Source: Veleropilina oligotropha
Lineage: Eukaryota
Assembly: GCA_048128005.1 (NCBI GenBank)
Contig: JBEUKZ010000137.1
Location: 124,001-188,000, forward strand
DNA: 64,000 bases
Direction of reading: 5' to 3'
The notes below the pieces were generated by a model. The model worked only from the letters and a program-made list of their open reading frames with translations, ran no database searches and was not told the origin of the DNA. Shown here piece by piece: positions 28,919 through 42,522 of the stretch (position 1 is the first letter of the stretch; each line of letters begins with the position of its first letter). A program made the position numbers and the translations under genes.

Positions 28919-29276
28919 CTTGAAAAATATTTAGTCCCCACTGGGTATTTTTTTCGTCTTGTCTGATTGGCGAGCCTCTTCGAATCTCTTCAGTTGATCT
29001 TCCGACATGTACTTAAAGCATTTTTTTAGTAATATTCACTGTCGAATTGGTATCAGTAGTCGTAGGGTGCGAGGGGCCCGAGGGGGTCTCTGGGCGAGGC
29101 AAACTCTCATCAGCAGCCCGGGTTAGTTCGTTTAAAAGATCGTTGATTTCGCCCACATCGGAGGCAACGATCGCCTTATTCTGCACTAATTCCGCCTCGT
29201 TGGCAGAGTCTGACGAGGTTCAAAAAGACTCGAACAAACATTCAAAATCACCATAGCTGTCATTATTGGTAGTCAT
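28919..29276 (-). pseudogene. Degraded first exon of a Crypton-type (DUF3504 / tyrosine-recombinase family) gene
   Basis: caaaATG at 29276 and G|gtatat donor; one stop plus two homopolymer frameshifts; reconstructed end FKYMSEDQLKRFEEARQSDKTKKNTQWGLNIFQ resembles the TxxxTxW...F N-terminal motif of CryptonA/KCTD1/ZMYM-type proteins. Confidence 0.5.
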
Positions 29277-29460
29277 TTTGCAGACGGTAGAATTCTAACA
29301 CGGTCAAAGTGCGATATTACTACGCCTAGCCTATTTTCCCTATTGCATTCATAGAGTATGAACGCATTCAAACTGTAGTGAGCTAAATAAAGGACGATGT
29401 AATATTAAATTGTGACAGCGTATATATGGATACAGCGCGATATAAATCTTCAATTAATTA

Positions 29461-30510
29461 ACTAGATGCTCAGTCATGAGTGACCGCATATGTATCCCCC
29501 GGTAATGACCTGTCTAGAGCGATCACAAGGAATTATGCTTTAAATTCCAAGATGTAGGCCACAGCAGCCATCTTGGAGGCCGGACCACACCCAAAATCTA
29601 TAGGTGTTGTGTCCCCACCCAAATCAATGCACATGCCAAATTTGAAAACATTCCGTTAAAGAAATGGCCTGTTTAGAGCGATCACGAGGAATCTCTCGAT
29701 GGCGGCCATCTTGGAGGTTGGACCACACCCAAGATTTATAAGCATAGTGTCCTCATGCACCCAAACCAACGCACATACCCAATTCAAAAACATTCCATTA
29801 AGAAATGACCTGTCTCTAAAGAGTGACCGCAAGCAATTGTGGTGGCCGTGGCGGCCATCTTGCAGGTCGGACCACACCCAAAATCTAAAGGTGTCGCGTC
29901 CTCGCCCCATCCAATGCACATACCAAATTTGAAAGCATTCCGTTAAGAAATGATCTGTCTATTGCTATCACAAGGAAGTATGCTTTAAAATCCAAAATGG
30001 AGGCCACAGCGGCCATCTTTGATGTCGGACCATGCCCAAAATCTAAAGGTGTCGTGTCCTCGCCCCAGCCAATGCACATACCAAATTTGAAAACACTACG
30101 TTAAGAAATGGCCTGTCTAGAGCGATAACGAGGAATCTCTCGACGGATGTGGTGACGGCCATCTTGGAGGTTGGACCACACCCAAAATCTATAGGTGTCG
30201 TGTCCTCGCCCCATCCAATGCACATACCAAATGTGAAAGCATTCCGTTAAGAAATGACCTGTCTAGAGCGATCACAAGGAAATATGCTTTAAAATCCAAG
30301 ATGGCGGCCGTGGTGGCCATCTTGGAGGTCGGACCACACCCAAAATCTATAGGTGTCGTGTCCTCGCCCCAACCAATGAACATACCAAATTTGAAAACAT
30401 TCCGTTAAGAAATGGCCTGTCTAGTGCGATCAAGAGGAATCTCTTGACAGCAGCGGCTTAACGGATGCTAAACCATAGTATCCCCGATACTTTTGTTTCG
30501 GGGGATATAA
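29461..30510 (+). mobile_element. HINE-like element with alternating 146/158-bp satellite units
   Basis: actagatg...tatccccc start, repeated gccatcttggagg.cggaccacacccaaaatct, tatccccga...tcgggggata end. Confidence 0.85.
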
Positions 30511-30613
30511 TTAATAACTGCTCTCGTTCATAATGATTTGAGTAAGAACAAGAGTGGGTAAATTTAATAAAAAAATTAACATAACCTAACAAGATAATTC
30601 ATTCATTAACATA

Positions 30614-32266
30614 ACTAGATATGTAAGAGTGACACGAATGCCCCCTCTGAAACAACTGCCAGAAATGAAATAAATTCGAAGTGAACAGCAATAACTCTCT
30701 TAACATCGAATTTACGCATTTAACAATGTATGAACAAGTATACACCTATATTCCAAATATAGTCTCATTCCATGAATGTATTCAAAAGTTATCGTGCAGA
30801 ATAGAAAACAAAATTAAATTAATAATTAATGTCGTATGTCTCCTAAATGAAGTTGGGAATTTATAGAAATGAAACTCCACTCAGATATTCTGATATACAT
30901 GTGTATATCAAATTAATTTAATTTGAATCCATGAATGCCTTAATATAGCGCAGAATCTAAAGCATTCATTCGAGAGACAAACATGTGTAACAATAAATGC
31001 TCTCCATACTTCGTTTTGCAGGGGACCGGGCATAAAATTTGTTTCCAATGATATTACACATGTATACCAAATGTAATTTATATCCATGAAGGCATTATCA
31101 AGTTATCGACCGAAAATGGAAAAAAAAATTGCATGTTGATGAAGGGACATAACTCCCTTATGTGAAGGCGGAATGTCACCGAAATCTAACTCCACTTAGC
31201 TATTATGATCATACACGTGAATATCAAATTTCATTTAAATCCATGATGGCATTCTGAAGTTACCGCCACGAAATGAAAAAAGTTTCCAAGTGAATGAAGG
31301 GGCATAACTCCGTTATGGAACATGGGAATTTTACCGAAATCGCACTGCACTTAGCCATTACAATCATACACGTGAATACCAAATTTCATGTAAAGCCATG
31401 AAGGCATTCCCAAGTTACCGCCCGGAAATGAAAAAATGTTTCAAAGTGAATCAAGGGGCATAGCTCCTTTATGGAAACTCGGAATGTTACCGAAATCGAA
31501 CTTCACTTCGGTATTATGATCATACACGTGAATACCAAATTTAATGCAAATCCATGAAGGCATTCTGAAGTTACGGCCCGGAAATGAAAAAATGTTTCAT
31601 AGTGAATCAAGGGGCATAGCTCCTTTATGGAAATTCGGAATGTTACCGAAATCGAACTTGACATGGGTATTATGATCATACATGCGAATACCAAATTTAA
31701 TGTAAATCCATGAAGGCATTCTGAAGTGACCGCCCGCAATTGAAAAAATGTTTCCAAGTGAATCAAGGGTCATAACTCCTTTATGGAAAATCGGAATGTT
31801 ACCGAAATCGAACTTGACTTCGGTATTATGATCATACACGTGAATACCAAATTTAATGAAAATCAATGAAGGCATTATGAAGTTACCGTCCGGAAATGAA
31901 CAAATGTTTCAAAGTGAATCAAGGGGTATAACTCCTTAATGGCAATTCGGAATGTTACCGTCGAACTTGACTTCGGTATTATGATCATACACATGAATAC
32001 CAAATTTAATGCAAATCCATGAAGGCATTCTGAAGTTACCGTCCAGAAATGTTTCAAAATGAATCAAGGGGCATAACTCCTTAATGGAAATTCGGATTGT
32101 TACCGTAATCGAACTTGACTTAGCTATTATGATCATACACTTGCATACCAAATTTCATTTAAATCCATGAAGGCATTCTAAAGTTATAGCCCGGAAACGA
32201 AGTTTGGACGGACGGACGGACGTGTGCAACACTATATGCCTCCAAACTTCGTTTAGGGGGCATAAA
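30614..32266 (+). mobile_element. HINE-like element with about eight ~156-bp satellite units
   Basis: actagatatg...atgccccc start, repeated tccatgaaggcattctgaagttac, (GACG)n, atgcctcc...gggggcat end. Confidence 0.85.
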
Positions 32267-33814
32267 AATATAACATCAATTAATAAGCAATCAACACATA
32301 TTAACATATTTGGTCTTGTTATTGTTCTCATAAGGACTCGTTGATATGACAAATTCTAACAATTGGAAAAGTATAATTTCCATATAAAATCAACAGCACA
32401 TGTACACAAACATTCAATATAAAACCTGAATATTATTTTGGATTTATAAATATAGAAAGATGAAACATATCAATATAAACGCAATGAGCATCGATATGAA
32501 TATTATGCAGAAGAGCATCAACAAGGCCAGCCCAAATATAATGAAAACCATACACCGTGAAATTAATTTGGTCTGGCCTACCTGTTATACTCATAGTAAA
32601 TTATAAATCTCATTATTATGAGTATTACATAATAAATGATTATTGATATTTTGATAAAAATATAGACCAGAAATTTCAGTTGACAACATACACCAAAGTT
32701 AGTTTCCCATCATAGGACCATTCGACAGGTAATTCCAATGAGTACGGAAGCAGCGGCGGGTTATCAAAAAGTGAAAGAAAAAGAATTGCTCGATGAATAC
32801 TCAACATCATTAATATTGTTCATTGATTGCTTGAATTGATGTTTAACGACCATGCCACCAATATTTAATTCATAATCGGGTCGATCGACTTGAAAGGCTA
32901 GAATCTTGATATGTTAGAAACAGTATTCATTTTTACATGCAAGACATGCGCAGTTAAATGAATATAGATATAAATTTTCTGTCAGCAGATTTGTAAAAAT
33001 AAAAATGTTAGTTTGTAAAATTTGTTACCTTCTTTTAAAAAATCAAAAATGACATTGATTTTAAAATTACTAAATAATTCTTGAAGTTTTTTGCCTGCAG
33101 TATCACTATATCAGTGCAGTTGGCGAGGAGCGATATTGTGTGAAGGGACTTCTTGTTTGGGCGTCGTATACAACCTTTGTTTATTTTTGTGCATGTTCAT
33201 TTCATGCAAGGTTATTTAAGGCAACGACGGGTGATTCGCGGCGCACTGGTACAGTTCTTTTACAGTGACAGATGCCGTTTTATAGGCTGCGTGAGGTGAG
33301 ATTAAAATGAGGGCGAGATTGTCAAGTAAGAGAGACATTTGTTTGGGTTGTAAATACTAATGCATACTTGTAATGCAGTATATATATTATTAACATGCTT
33401 TTAATTAGTTATAGATTATATTTTGCACCACATATTTTGATGAATATTGGCTTAGTGACTTGGAGGGTATAATTATCCACCTGTATTTGTAGATGATTTT
33501 TGGGAAAGGTTCTTAATCTGAAATTATTATATTTCAGCCTTCTTCCATTTATTCCTTTTCTGTGTAAACAGAAACTTGTATGCGATTATACGAAGATTAG
33601 TTGTAATAATTGCACGGAGTATCGATCACGTAGAGTTAATACCGGACTGGTGGCAGAGAGACGTCATCGAGTGGCTCAGAAACCTGCGTGTCAGTCCATT
33701 TTTGGTCTAGTGGCAAAGTCTCCCCAAAAGCGAGTCGTAGGGAATTCAGGAGTGTATTGCGCATAGTTGGAGAGCCGGCAGTTATCGACAATAACAGCGG
33801 ACAGTCGATTAGAG

Positions 33815-34645
33815 TAATTCTACCCAACTGATAAGAGTTGTGGACCTGATTATTTCTACCCAACTGAGAGAGTTGTGGACCTGATTATTTCTACCCAACT
33901 GAGAGAGTTGTGGATCGGATTATTTCTACCCAAACGAGAGAGTTGTGGACCTCATTATTTCGACCCAACTGAGAGAGTTGTGGACACGATTATTTCTACC
34001 CAACAGAGAGTTGTGGACACGATTATTTATACCCAACAGAGAGAGTTGTGGACCGGATTATTTATACCCAACAGAGAGAGTTGTGGACCTGATTATTTGT
34101 ACCCAACTGAGAGAGTTGTGGACCTGATTATTTCTACCCAACTGAGAGAGTTGTGGATCGGATTATTTCTACCCAACTGAGAGAGTTGTGGATCGGATTA
34201 TTTCTACCCAAACGAGAGAGTTGTGGACCTCATTATTTCGACCCAACTGAGAGAGTTGTGGACACGATTATTTCTACCCAACAGAGAGTTGTGGACACGA
34301 TTATTTATACCCAACAGAGAGAGTTGTGGACCGGATTATTTATACCCAACAGAGAGAGTTGTGGACCGGATTATTTATACCCAACAGAGAGAGTTGTGGA
34401 CCTGATTATTTCTACCCAACTGAGAGAGTTGTGGACCTGATTATTTCTACCCAACTGAGAGAGTTGTGGATCGGATTATTTCTACCCAAACGAGAGAGTT
34501 GTGGACCTCATTATTTCGACCCAACTGAGAGAGTTGTGGACACGATTATTTCTACCCAACAGAGAGTTGTGGACACGATTATTTATACCCAACAGAGAGA
34601 GTTGTGGACCGGATTATTTACCCAACAGAGAGAGTTGTGGACCTG
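33815..34645 (+). repeat. 35-bp minisatellite (about 23 units) with a 278-bp higher-order period
   Basis: Unit gagagagttgtggacctgattatttctacccaact; the variant ctcattatttcgac recurs every 278 bp. Confidence 0.95.
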
Positions 34646-34719
34646 TGAAAGTTGATATTCGTATACTGCAGAGTATCTACTAGTTCGTCTCGAGCCAATG
34701 TCATTTTCCGATTTTATGA

Positions 34720-35245
34720 CATATATAGAGGATAGCGAACGAGTGTTCATTCCATATGAGAATTATGAAACGAGTCTGACACAATTTATGTACAGAGCCT
34801 TGGCGAGGTACATAAATTTGCAGACGAGTTTCATAATTCTCATATGAAATGGACACAAGTTTCATATCTTCTTTATCACATGAATTTATTTACCTTTAAA
34901 CTTATTTTATTGCGTTTTTAAACGCATTTCTTTACGTTTTAAAACTAATTTCTGTCTGTACTTTCAGCCATTAATTGCCATTTCCTCGGACGCATCGAAA
35001 GCACGCGCCATGCCAGTACGCCAATAAAAAATAGTTCAATGTCGGTAATCGACGAGTCAACGCGTATGAATTATTCAATATGTTCATGAGGGTGATACGC
35101 CGCCTAATCAACTTGGCGCCAGATGCGATGACCGGGCGTCATGTTCGCCCTCATTTGCATACTTATGGGACGTGTCTTTTGTATCAAAATTTATGGAATG
35201 GCTCTTACCGTTCCATAACAGCTTTGTCATGTGATAAACATGTAT
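34720..35245. mobile_element. Long-hairpin non-autonomous element (Crypton-like); related copy at 55812-56210
   Basis: atatagaggat.cgaacgagtg start, about 60-bp arms around gagcc.tggcgag, shared ctaatcaacttggcgccagatgc body. Confidence 0.75.
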
Positions 35246-35515
35246 ATTATTATTATATTCAATGTGTAATCTATTGTAGGTATTTAGCTATAGAGTTATT
35301 GTTATAATAATTTATGTAGTGTGAGATTATGCAACGTAACTGTGTTTGTGGAAGATTTGAAATGTTGAGATAGCTGACTGTGTGTAGGTGAAATAATTTG
35401 AAGTGTTGAGGTAGCTGTGTGTAGGTGAAAGGATTTGGAAAAGTGAGTGATTCTGTGTGGTGTTGAGAGACGTGTGTGTACTTATTTGGGATGGGATATT
35501 CATTGAGTGTTATAT

Positions 35516-36408
35516 TATTTTATCTTACGTTATCTCTTAATACTGCAATCTGATTGGTTAACGTTCCTTCGACAATTACCGTATTCCCCACCCAGGCGGG
35601 GTATATGAATTATTTATACCTTACGTAGTTGTGTGTACTATTGTGATTTGGAGCGCCCTCGAAGACAAGGGAGATAATTGTGAACATGTCGTCTGCCAAA
35701 ACATCAATACAAATGTTAAGTCATGGAATCGTAAATCGTTTCGAAAATTATGCATCAACTTCATTTTATATTCGTAACGGTTTACACTTTTGACATTTTC
35801 ATGTAAAATAAAATATTCAATTATCCTTATTTAGTTACTTTTGGTGTTTACTTCAGCTTCCTATTATTCTCCTGCGCAGAGACGTCATTTCTCTACAGTA
35901 CTGTACAGAGTATTCTTAATTTCTCTGCCTGGAGAGTGACGGTTGCTAGGCATTATTATTACATTCTAATGGGCGCGTCGGCATATCTTCAAAATATATA
36001 TAATGTATATTGGCATGCATGTATTTGCCACAAACTTACTTTGTGTATATTTCAATAATCATGCCAATCCTGCTAAAATATCAGTTATAACGGAAGGCAT
36101 ATTTTTTATATTGAACATGAAGTTTTACACATGATCATAATTTTAGGAACGCGGTTTTTTAGTAACAACAATAGAATATTTAAAATAGGTTCTTTCACGG
36201 AGAAACGAAGTTGGAATAGAAACTTGTTCAAAAGGCATGATTTTATTTTATTGAAGTAAGATAAATTCGTTGTCGGCATAGCCCTCGTGAAATATGGGTC
36301 TATGTACCGTTTGTGAGAATTTATTAACCTCGACTTAGTCTCGGTTAATAAATTCTCACAAACAGGTACATAGACCCATATTCCCCTCGGGCAATGCCGC
36401 CAACTTAT
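35516..36408. mobile_element. Long-hairpin non-autonomous element (Crypton-like)
   Basis: tctgattgg near one end; about 60-bp arms around cctcgacttagtctcgg at 36268-36404. Confidence 0.7.
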
Positions 36409-38928
36409 ATTGTATGTATATATTTTTGCTTTGACTGTGTAATTAAATATTGTTGCTTAAAATACGTGTTGGCTGTTTTTGGTCAATTGTGTGGTAGGTG
36501 GCGTGTGACAGATATTAAAACAAATTAAACATTTTCAATATCTGAGGTAGATATCATCAATTAAACATTAGGTAAAAGGACATCAAAACAATTAATGGCA
36601 CTATTTGATCAAACAATATACCTGTAACAGCATTAGATAAAAAGATAAAAACCACAACACAATTACATAAGGTGGGCACGGTTGATCTGAGAACAGATTT
36701 TGATCGAGAATGGATTTTGATCGAGAATGGACGTACGGTCAGTGTCACTTCTGGAGTTGATGCCCACCTAAAAATACAGAGAAAAAATAATTTCTTGCAA
36801 ACAATTCTTGTATATACAAGTACATACATAGAAATATAAATATAGGTAAACATTTGATTCAGTAATAATTATATCCTTCTTCATAATATCACAGTTTTAT
36901 ACATTATAGAAAATTAAAATTAAACTTTGATTATCACAATTGTGTTAGGTGCTCATTTAAGCTGTAACAAGTGCAATCCAAGATAGCAAACCACCATCAA
37001 GGCCAAACAATTACCATCTTGCCCAGAAATCTCTACGGCGAATACTTTCCCCGCAACAGCAGAAACATAAAAGTATAAGGGATTCATCTTCGCCAAACCA
37101 TCAACAAAATTTAATCGAAATTTGTCTATAACATTTTTGCCATTCCTGCTAACATACACGCACATAATAAAATACAGTTAATCTCACAAAATATGATTAA
37201 CCATCAAATGGATCTGCATAGTAATATACTTCTTATAAATGTTGCCATATTGAAACACATATTGCCCTATACATGATAATATTTATTTCAGTCAAGACAG
37301 TATTTGACACAGTAACACAAACATAAAACAAAGCAAAAACAAGCGCATCCGAGAGGAAGCCTAGTTGAGTCGCAGTGCCCACTCTCAATAAATTTAATTT
37401 TATCTTTCTAGGTTGACCGAGTCCAGAGATATGTCTGTTTATGTATTTGACTTTGGTGACCTTGACCTTTGACCTCATAAATCAATCAGTAGTTAGGTAT
37501 CCACTCATATATCATATATATGAAGTTTCGTAGCTATATGTTTTGAATTGACCATGTTATGCCATGTAAAGTCATCGTGGACATACACCACCACACAGAG
37601 ACAAACAGCCTCAATACAATAGTTTCTCCATAAACGGCTCAACTAATGACCACACTATATAATAGATTATGTGACATGAACAACTATTTGGACAGCACTA
37701 TTAACATACTAATATTTATTGTGTAAAGAATCTGTTTTGCAAAGTCCAAAGTTTGAATTTCAAAAAACGCAAAAGAGAATTTTTATTTTTCAAGAAAATA
37801 TATTATTATATAAATAACATTTTCAAAAAGGCTTTTGCAAGAAAAATCTACTTCACAATTGATGATGAGAGTTCAACCAAGAGTCATTTAGAAACGAATG
37901 CATCCCCACGTCCCTCGATCTCTCTGGTGCAAACCTTATCCAAATTTGTATGTTCAAAAACACAAACTTTTTGCGTTATTTATATTAACTTCTTTTCAAC
38001 ATCACTACTAGAATGAAAGATGATATGATGGCCAAAGCACATATATGCAAAAATGTGCATGGCACACTTCAAATTAATTAACTCAAAACCAATCCAAACT
38101 TTAACAGTGTCCATGTCCAAAATCTTACTTAATTTACCGATAAATATACAAATTAAATTACCTTTAATGTTACAGATGCAGGGTTAGATAAAGATAATTT
38201 AAAAATAATTGAAGCAGGCCACAATAATGCCTGCGCAAATGTGTATATTATAGTCTTTACTTCCCTATAATATTACGCCATACATGTACGTCCTACGCAA
38301 AGCCAAAATGAAAAGTAGATGAAAAGTATACTAGATGATACAAGAGTATTACTGCCAAAATAAAAGTGGCCTTAATATAACCAACACCAAAGCATATATA
38401 GCAAGCGCATCCGAGAAGAAGCATAGTTGCATAATAAATTCAGCGTGGACATACACCGTCCACCACACAGACACACAGACAGCCTCAATACAATAGTTTC
38501 TCCGTAAATGGCTCAACTAATTACGTAGACAAAAAAGTACCTAGAGCATTCCGTAAGCATTCATTGAAAAACTTAAACCAAAATTTATATGTCAACAAAC
38601 ACTACTTTCCCATATTTATTTTTATATTAAATTAAAATTCAATACCACTGCCATAGTTACAGGAAAGGAAAATATCGATACTTTTGGTCCTGTATATTTA
38701 CAGCCATCAGGTTCAAAGCGGGACATGTCCAGATTATCGCGGGAGGAAAGCCCGGTCGCCTGAGAAAACCTGCCATCGCTGACCAGTTACGGACAACCGT
38801 GATTCATAACTGAACAAATAGTGCCATGGCCCGACAGAGATTCAAACTCATTACTGTTTGTCTCATAAGAACCAAGCCAGTGACTTTTGAAGTCTGCAAC
38901 CAAAACTCACGACTGTCGGAGCGACTGC

Positions 38929-39741
38929 CATAGTGAGAGGCACCATCAAAATAGTCAACATAGTGACAAGCACCATCAAAATAGTCAACATAGTGACAAG
39001 CACCATCAAAATAGTCAACATAGTGACAGGCACCATCAAAATAGTCAACATAGTGACAAGCACCATCAAAATAGTCAACATAGTGACAGGCACCATCAAA
39101 ATAGTCAACATAGTGACAAGCACCATCAAAATAGTCAACATAGTGACAGGCACCATCAAAATAGTCAACATAGTGACAAGCACCATCAAAATAGTCAACA
39201 TAGTGACAGGCACCATCAAAATAGTCAACATAGTGACAAGCACCATCAAAATAGTCAACATAGTGACAAGCACCATCAAAATAGTCAACATAGTGACAAG
39301 CACCATCAAAATAGTCAACATAGTGACAAGCACCATCAAAATAGTCAACATAGTGACAGGCACCATCAAAATAGTCAACATAGTGACAAGCACCATCAAA
39401 ATAGTCAACATAGTGACAGGCACCATCAAAATAGTCAACATAGTGACAAGCACCATCAAAATAGTCAACATAGTGACAGGCACCATCAAAATAGTCAACA
39501 TAGTGACAAGCACCATCAAAATAGTCAACATAGTGACAGGCACCATCAAAATAGTCAACATAGTGACAAGCACCATCAAAATAGTCAACATAGTGACAGG
39601 CACCATCAAAATAGTCAACATAGTGACAAGCACCATCAAAATAGTCAACATAGTGACAGGCACCATCAAAATAGTCAACATAGTGACAAGCACCATCAAA
39701 ATAGTCAACATAGTGACAGGCACCATCAAAATAGTCAACAC
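38929..39741. repeat. 30-bp tandem repeat x27, downstream of the DENND3 stop codon
   Basis: caccatcaaaatagtcaacatagtgacaRg; only one position varies. Confidence 0.97.
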
Positions 39742-40155
39742 CTAAACAACAGACAAGCCATGCATATATAGATACAATGCAAAATATAATCACAATGTTC
39801 ATGGACAGACAGGGCAACAGCTGTATCCCTCCACCACTACCTACGTGTGCGATAAAAAAAGACAGGGAAATTTTTTATCTTTATGAGTATCTTCACAATA
39901 CCACAAAGGGTGAGGCCTTTGAAAAAAAATATCAACTAGTTTTTTGGGAAATTGGTGGAAACCTAAAGATTGAAAATGACGAAAAACAGACAGATGGACA
40001 GAGGAAAAATCAGATTCGAAAATGCTCTGTTGACCACATCACCAACTACTTATCGTGGCAGACGCTCACTGAACTCTTTGTTCTTCGGTGATAACATAAT
40101 TATGTCACCCGATTCTCATTGAGTTACAGAAATCACAGAGTTACAGATGGACCAT

Positions 40156-40350
40156 TCAGCCCTCGCCGGCTTGGGGACCCTGCCATATCGTGATCTTCCC
40201 GTCTCGACTTCCGGCACCGCTGACGATGTAGCGGCTCTCCACCGTGCCCATGGCCCGGATGGCATCGTCGTGCGCCCTGAGCGTGTGCTGGAGCTCTCTG
40301 GTCTTCATGTCGTAGATATATATCATCCCCGTCTTGGTTCCAACCCACAA
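40156..40350 (-). CDS. DENND3: DENND3-like gene, terminal coding exon
   Basis: ctttcag acceptor; encodes LWVGTKTGMIYIYDMKTRELQHTLRAHDDAIRAMGTVESRYIVSGAGSRDGKITIWQGPQAGEG*, matching the DENND3 C-terminus (RYVLSGSGREEGKVAIW). Confidence 0.92.
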   Translation of the reverse strand: MWVGTKTGMIYIYDMKTRELQHTLRAHDDAIRAMGTVESRYIVSGAGSRDGKITIWQGPQAGEG

Positions 40351-40504
40351 CTGAAAGGAAAGGATCGATGCTTAATATCCTGTATGTTTGCAACCGTCAT
40401 TAGGATCAAAGCAGGACAGGTCCAGGTTATCGCTGGAGGAAAACCCGGTTTTCCGGGCGAAACCCGGCCTCTCTGACCAGCTACGGACAACTGTGATTCA
40501 TAAC

Positions 40505-41612
40505 ATCACCGACAACAAGGCCGGACACGACTTCAGGGTCAAAAGTCATCAGGTCAAGGTCGAAGGTTGTTTTTGCAAAATTTTGCCGAAAAGCACAATG
40601 GCAAGATAGGGCGGTTTAACATATCCAAATGAAATCATGCTGGCCTGTATAGGACCTGAGATGTAGCCCGGATAAGGTGTGTGTTAGAGAAAGTACATTT
40701 TGACCTCTGTGACCTTGACCTTTGACCGAACAACAAAATTGAACATTGTTATATAACGTACTCACCCGCAGGAATAAATTTGGTGAGAACAAATTAAGAA
40801 AACAATAAAATATAAAAATACCCAAATATGGAAATAGTGTATCAAGGTCACAGTACCAAGGTCAAAGATCAAAGGTCAAGAGTACAAAGTTTTAGCGGCC
40901 TGCACATGCTTGAAGTGTGGATCATGACATCTCCGAGAACCAGGACGGACACAATTTCCTGGGTCAAAGGTCATTACAAGGTCAGAAGTCGTTTTCGCGA
41001 AATTTGCCAAAAAGCACAATGGCATGATAGGGCGGTTTAACATACCAAAGGAAATCAGGCTGGCATGTATAGGATCTGAGATCTAGCCCGGACAAGGTGT
41101 TTTTAGAGAAAGTACAATTTGACCTCTGTAACCTTGACCTTTGACCGAACAACAAAATTGAACATTGTTATATAATGTACTCACCCTCAGGAATAAATTT
41201 GGTGAAAACAAATTAAGAAAACAATGAAATATAAAAATGCCCAAATATGGAAATTGTTTATCAAGGTCACAGCGCCAAGGTCAAAGTGAAATTTTTTAGT
41301 GCCCTGCACATGCTTGGGGTGTGGGCCATCATGCATCTACAAAGAAATTAGAAGGATAAGATTTGAAGTCTCCGAGAACCAGGCCGGAAACGATTTCGAG
41401 GTCAAAGATCATTATGTCAAGGTCGAAAGTCGTTTTTGTGAAATTTTGCCGAAAAACACAATGGCATGCTTGGACGGTTTAATTTACCAAAGGAAATAAT
41501 GCTGGCATGTGTAGGACCTGAGATCTAGTCCGGACAAGAAAAGTGAGGAAGAAGGAGGAGAACGGAGTGTAAAAAAAATATGTCTCTCCCATCCTTCGGA
41601 TGGGGAAACATA
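40505..41612 (+). mobile_element. HINE-like element with about 420-bp internal duplication
   Basis: Block at about 40525-40930 repeated at about 40945-41330; gaccttgacctttgacc motifs; tatgtctctcccatcc-ttc-ggatggggaaacata end. Confidence 0.75.
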
Positions 41613-41720
41613 ATAACAAGGTATGATCTGAAAAAATTCTCAAAATATGAATAAATTTCAGGGAGCCCCATTATGCTTTCGTTGAATAATATCAACCAAT
41701 CGTCATCACCCCATGATTAC

Positions 41721-41843
41721 CTGCTGACCAGACAGGACCATGTTGCTGATGCCCTTGCAGTCCGGCTCCAACTCGGCAATGATTTCTGTGAGTCGGAGGT
41801 TCCAGATGATGATACGCCCCTCGCGGCGACATCCGCCCCAGAT
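41721..41843 (-). CDS. DENND3: DENND3-like gene, WD40 exon
   Basis: atttcag/gtaatc; encodes IWGGCRREGRIIIWNLRLTEIIAELEPDCKGISNMVLSGQQ; 123 bp, phase 0 to 0. Confidence 0.88.
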
Positions 41844-42175
41844 CTGAAATTAGATATCACACGTTCGAAATACGGAAATCACGATATGATAGTGACATTA
41901 CATCCCTTGTTTTAAAAATATGTACAAAAAAAGATTAATTATCCATTCCTGCTATGCTGGCCGCTATAATCATTTGATTTGAATCGGTAAGTTTTATAAC
42001 CTCATTTCAATAATGTTTAAGCTGTAGAGTAGTCAGAATCCTAATTCACATTGCTTCATCAACGAGAACCATTGTATTGAATATGATTTGGCTGAAGGAG
42101 TGTCGGGAAAATGTTCAGTGGGATGGTATAATGCAGGTTTGAATCCCGTTTCAGCGGGACTTATTCTTCGCTTAA

Positions 42176-42522
42176 AGAGACTATTGTCTGTAAATGCGCT
42201 CTTTCGCACAAGTTGTCCCGACTTCCTCTATCGCCCAGATTGATACAAATTTCACGATGATATGATTGATATATGATCAAATGATAGACTTTTATTGAAA
42301 TTATTATTGTAACTGGGCAATATATGTTATTGTCTAGTAGAAAGTTATCTTACTTGACGAGCAGAAACCAATGCAACTGTGCTCCAACTAGGTCAATTGG
42401 AAATGAACTCAGTGCAAGGTAATTAAACGCGGACCACGTTTTATAATTTTTTAAACAAAAAGTGTAATGCTGTTAGTTTTCTTTTTAAAAAAGAAAGAGC
42501 GCATTTATGGGCAATAGTCTCT
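42176..42522. mobile_element. Kolobok-like MITE; partial copy at about 57030-57306
   Basis: TTAA TSD on both sides; TIRs agagactattgtctgtaaatgcgctctttc / gaaagagcgcatttatgggcaatagtctct. Confidence 0.85.

Larger units (their letters stand above)
33137..36510 (+). mobile_element. Probable solo LTR containing a minisatellite and two nested hairpin elements
   Basis: TGT...ACA ends flanked by gatat (33132-33136 and 36511-36515); attaaa at about 36442; alternative left end at 32912 with a 4-bp gata TSD. Confidence 0.45.

Noticed and set aside
33875..34683. Overlapping ORFs in the 35-bp array
   Set aside because: Frame-rotating minisatellite translations
38804..39817. Long ORFs of 270-337 aa on both strands
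   Set aside because: By-products of a stop-free 30-bp repeat; no synonymous variation pattern or splice/start support
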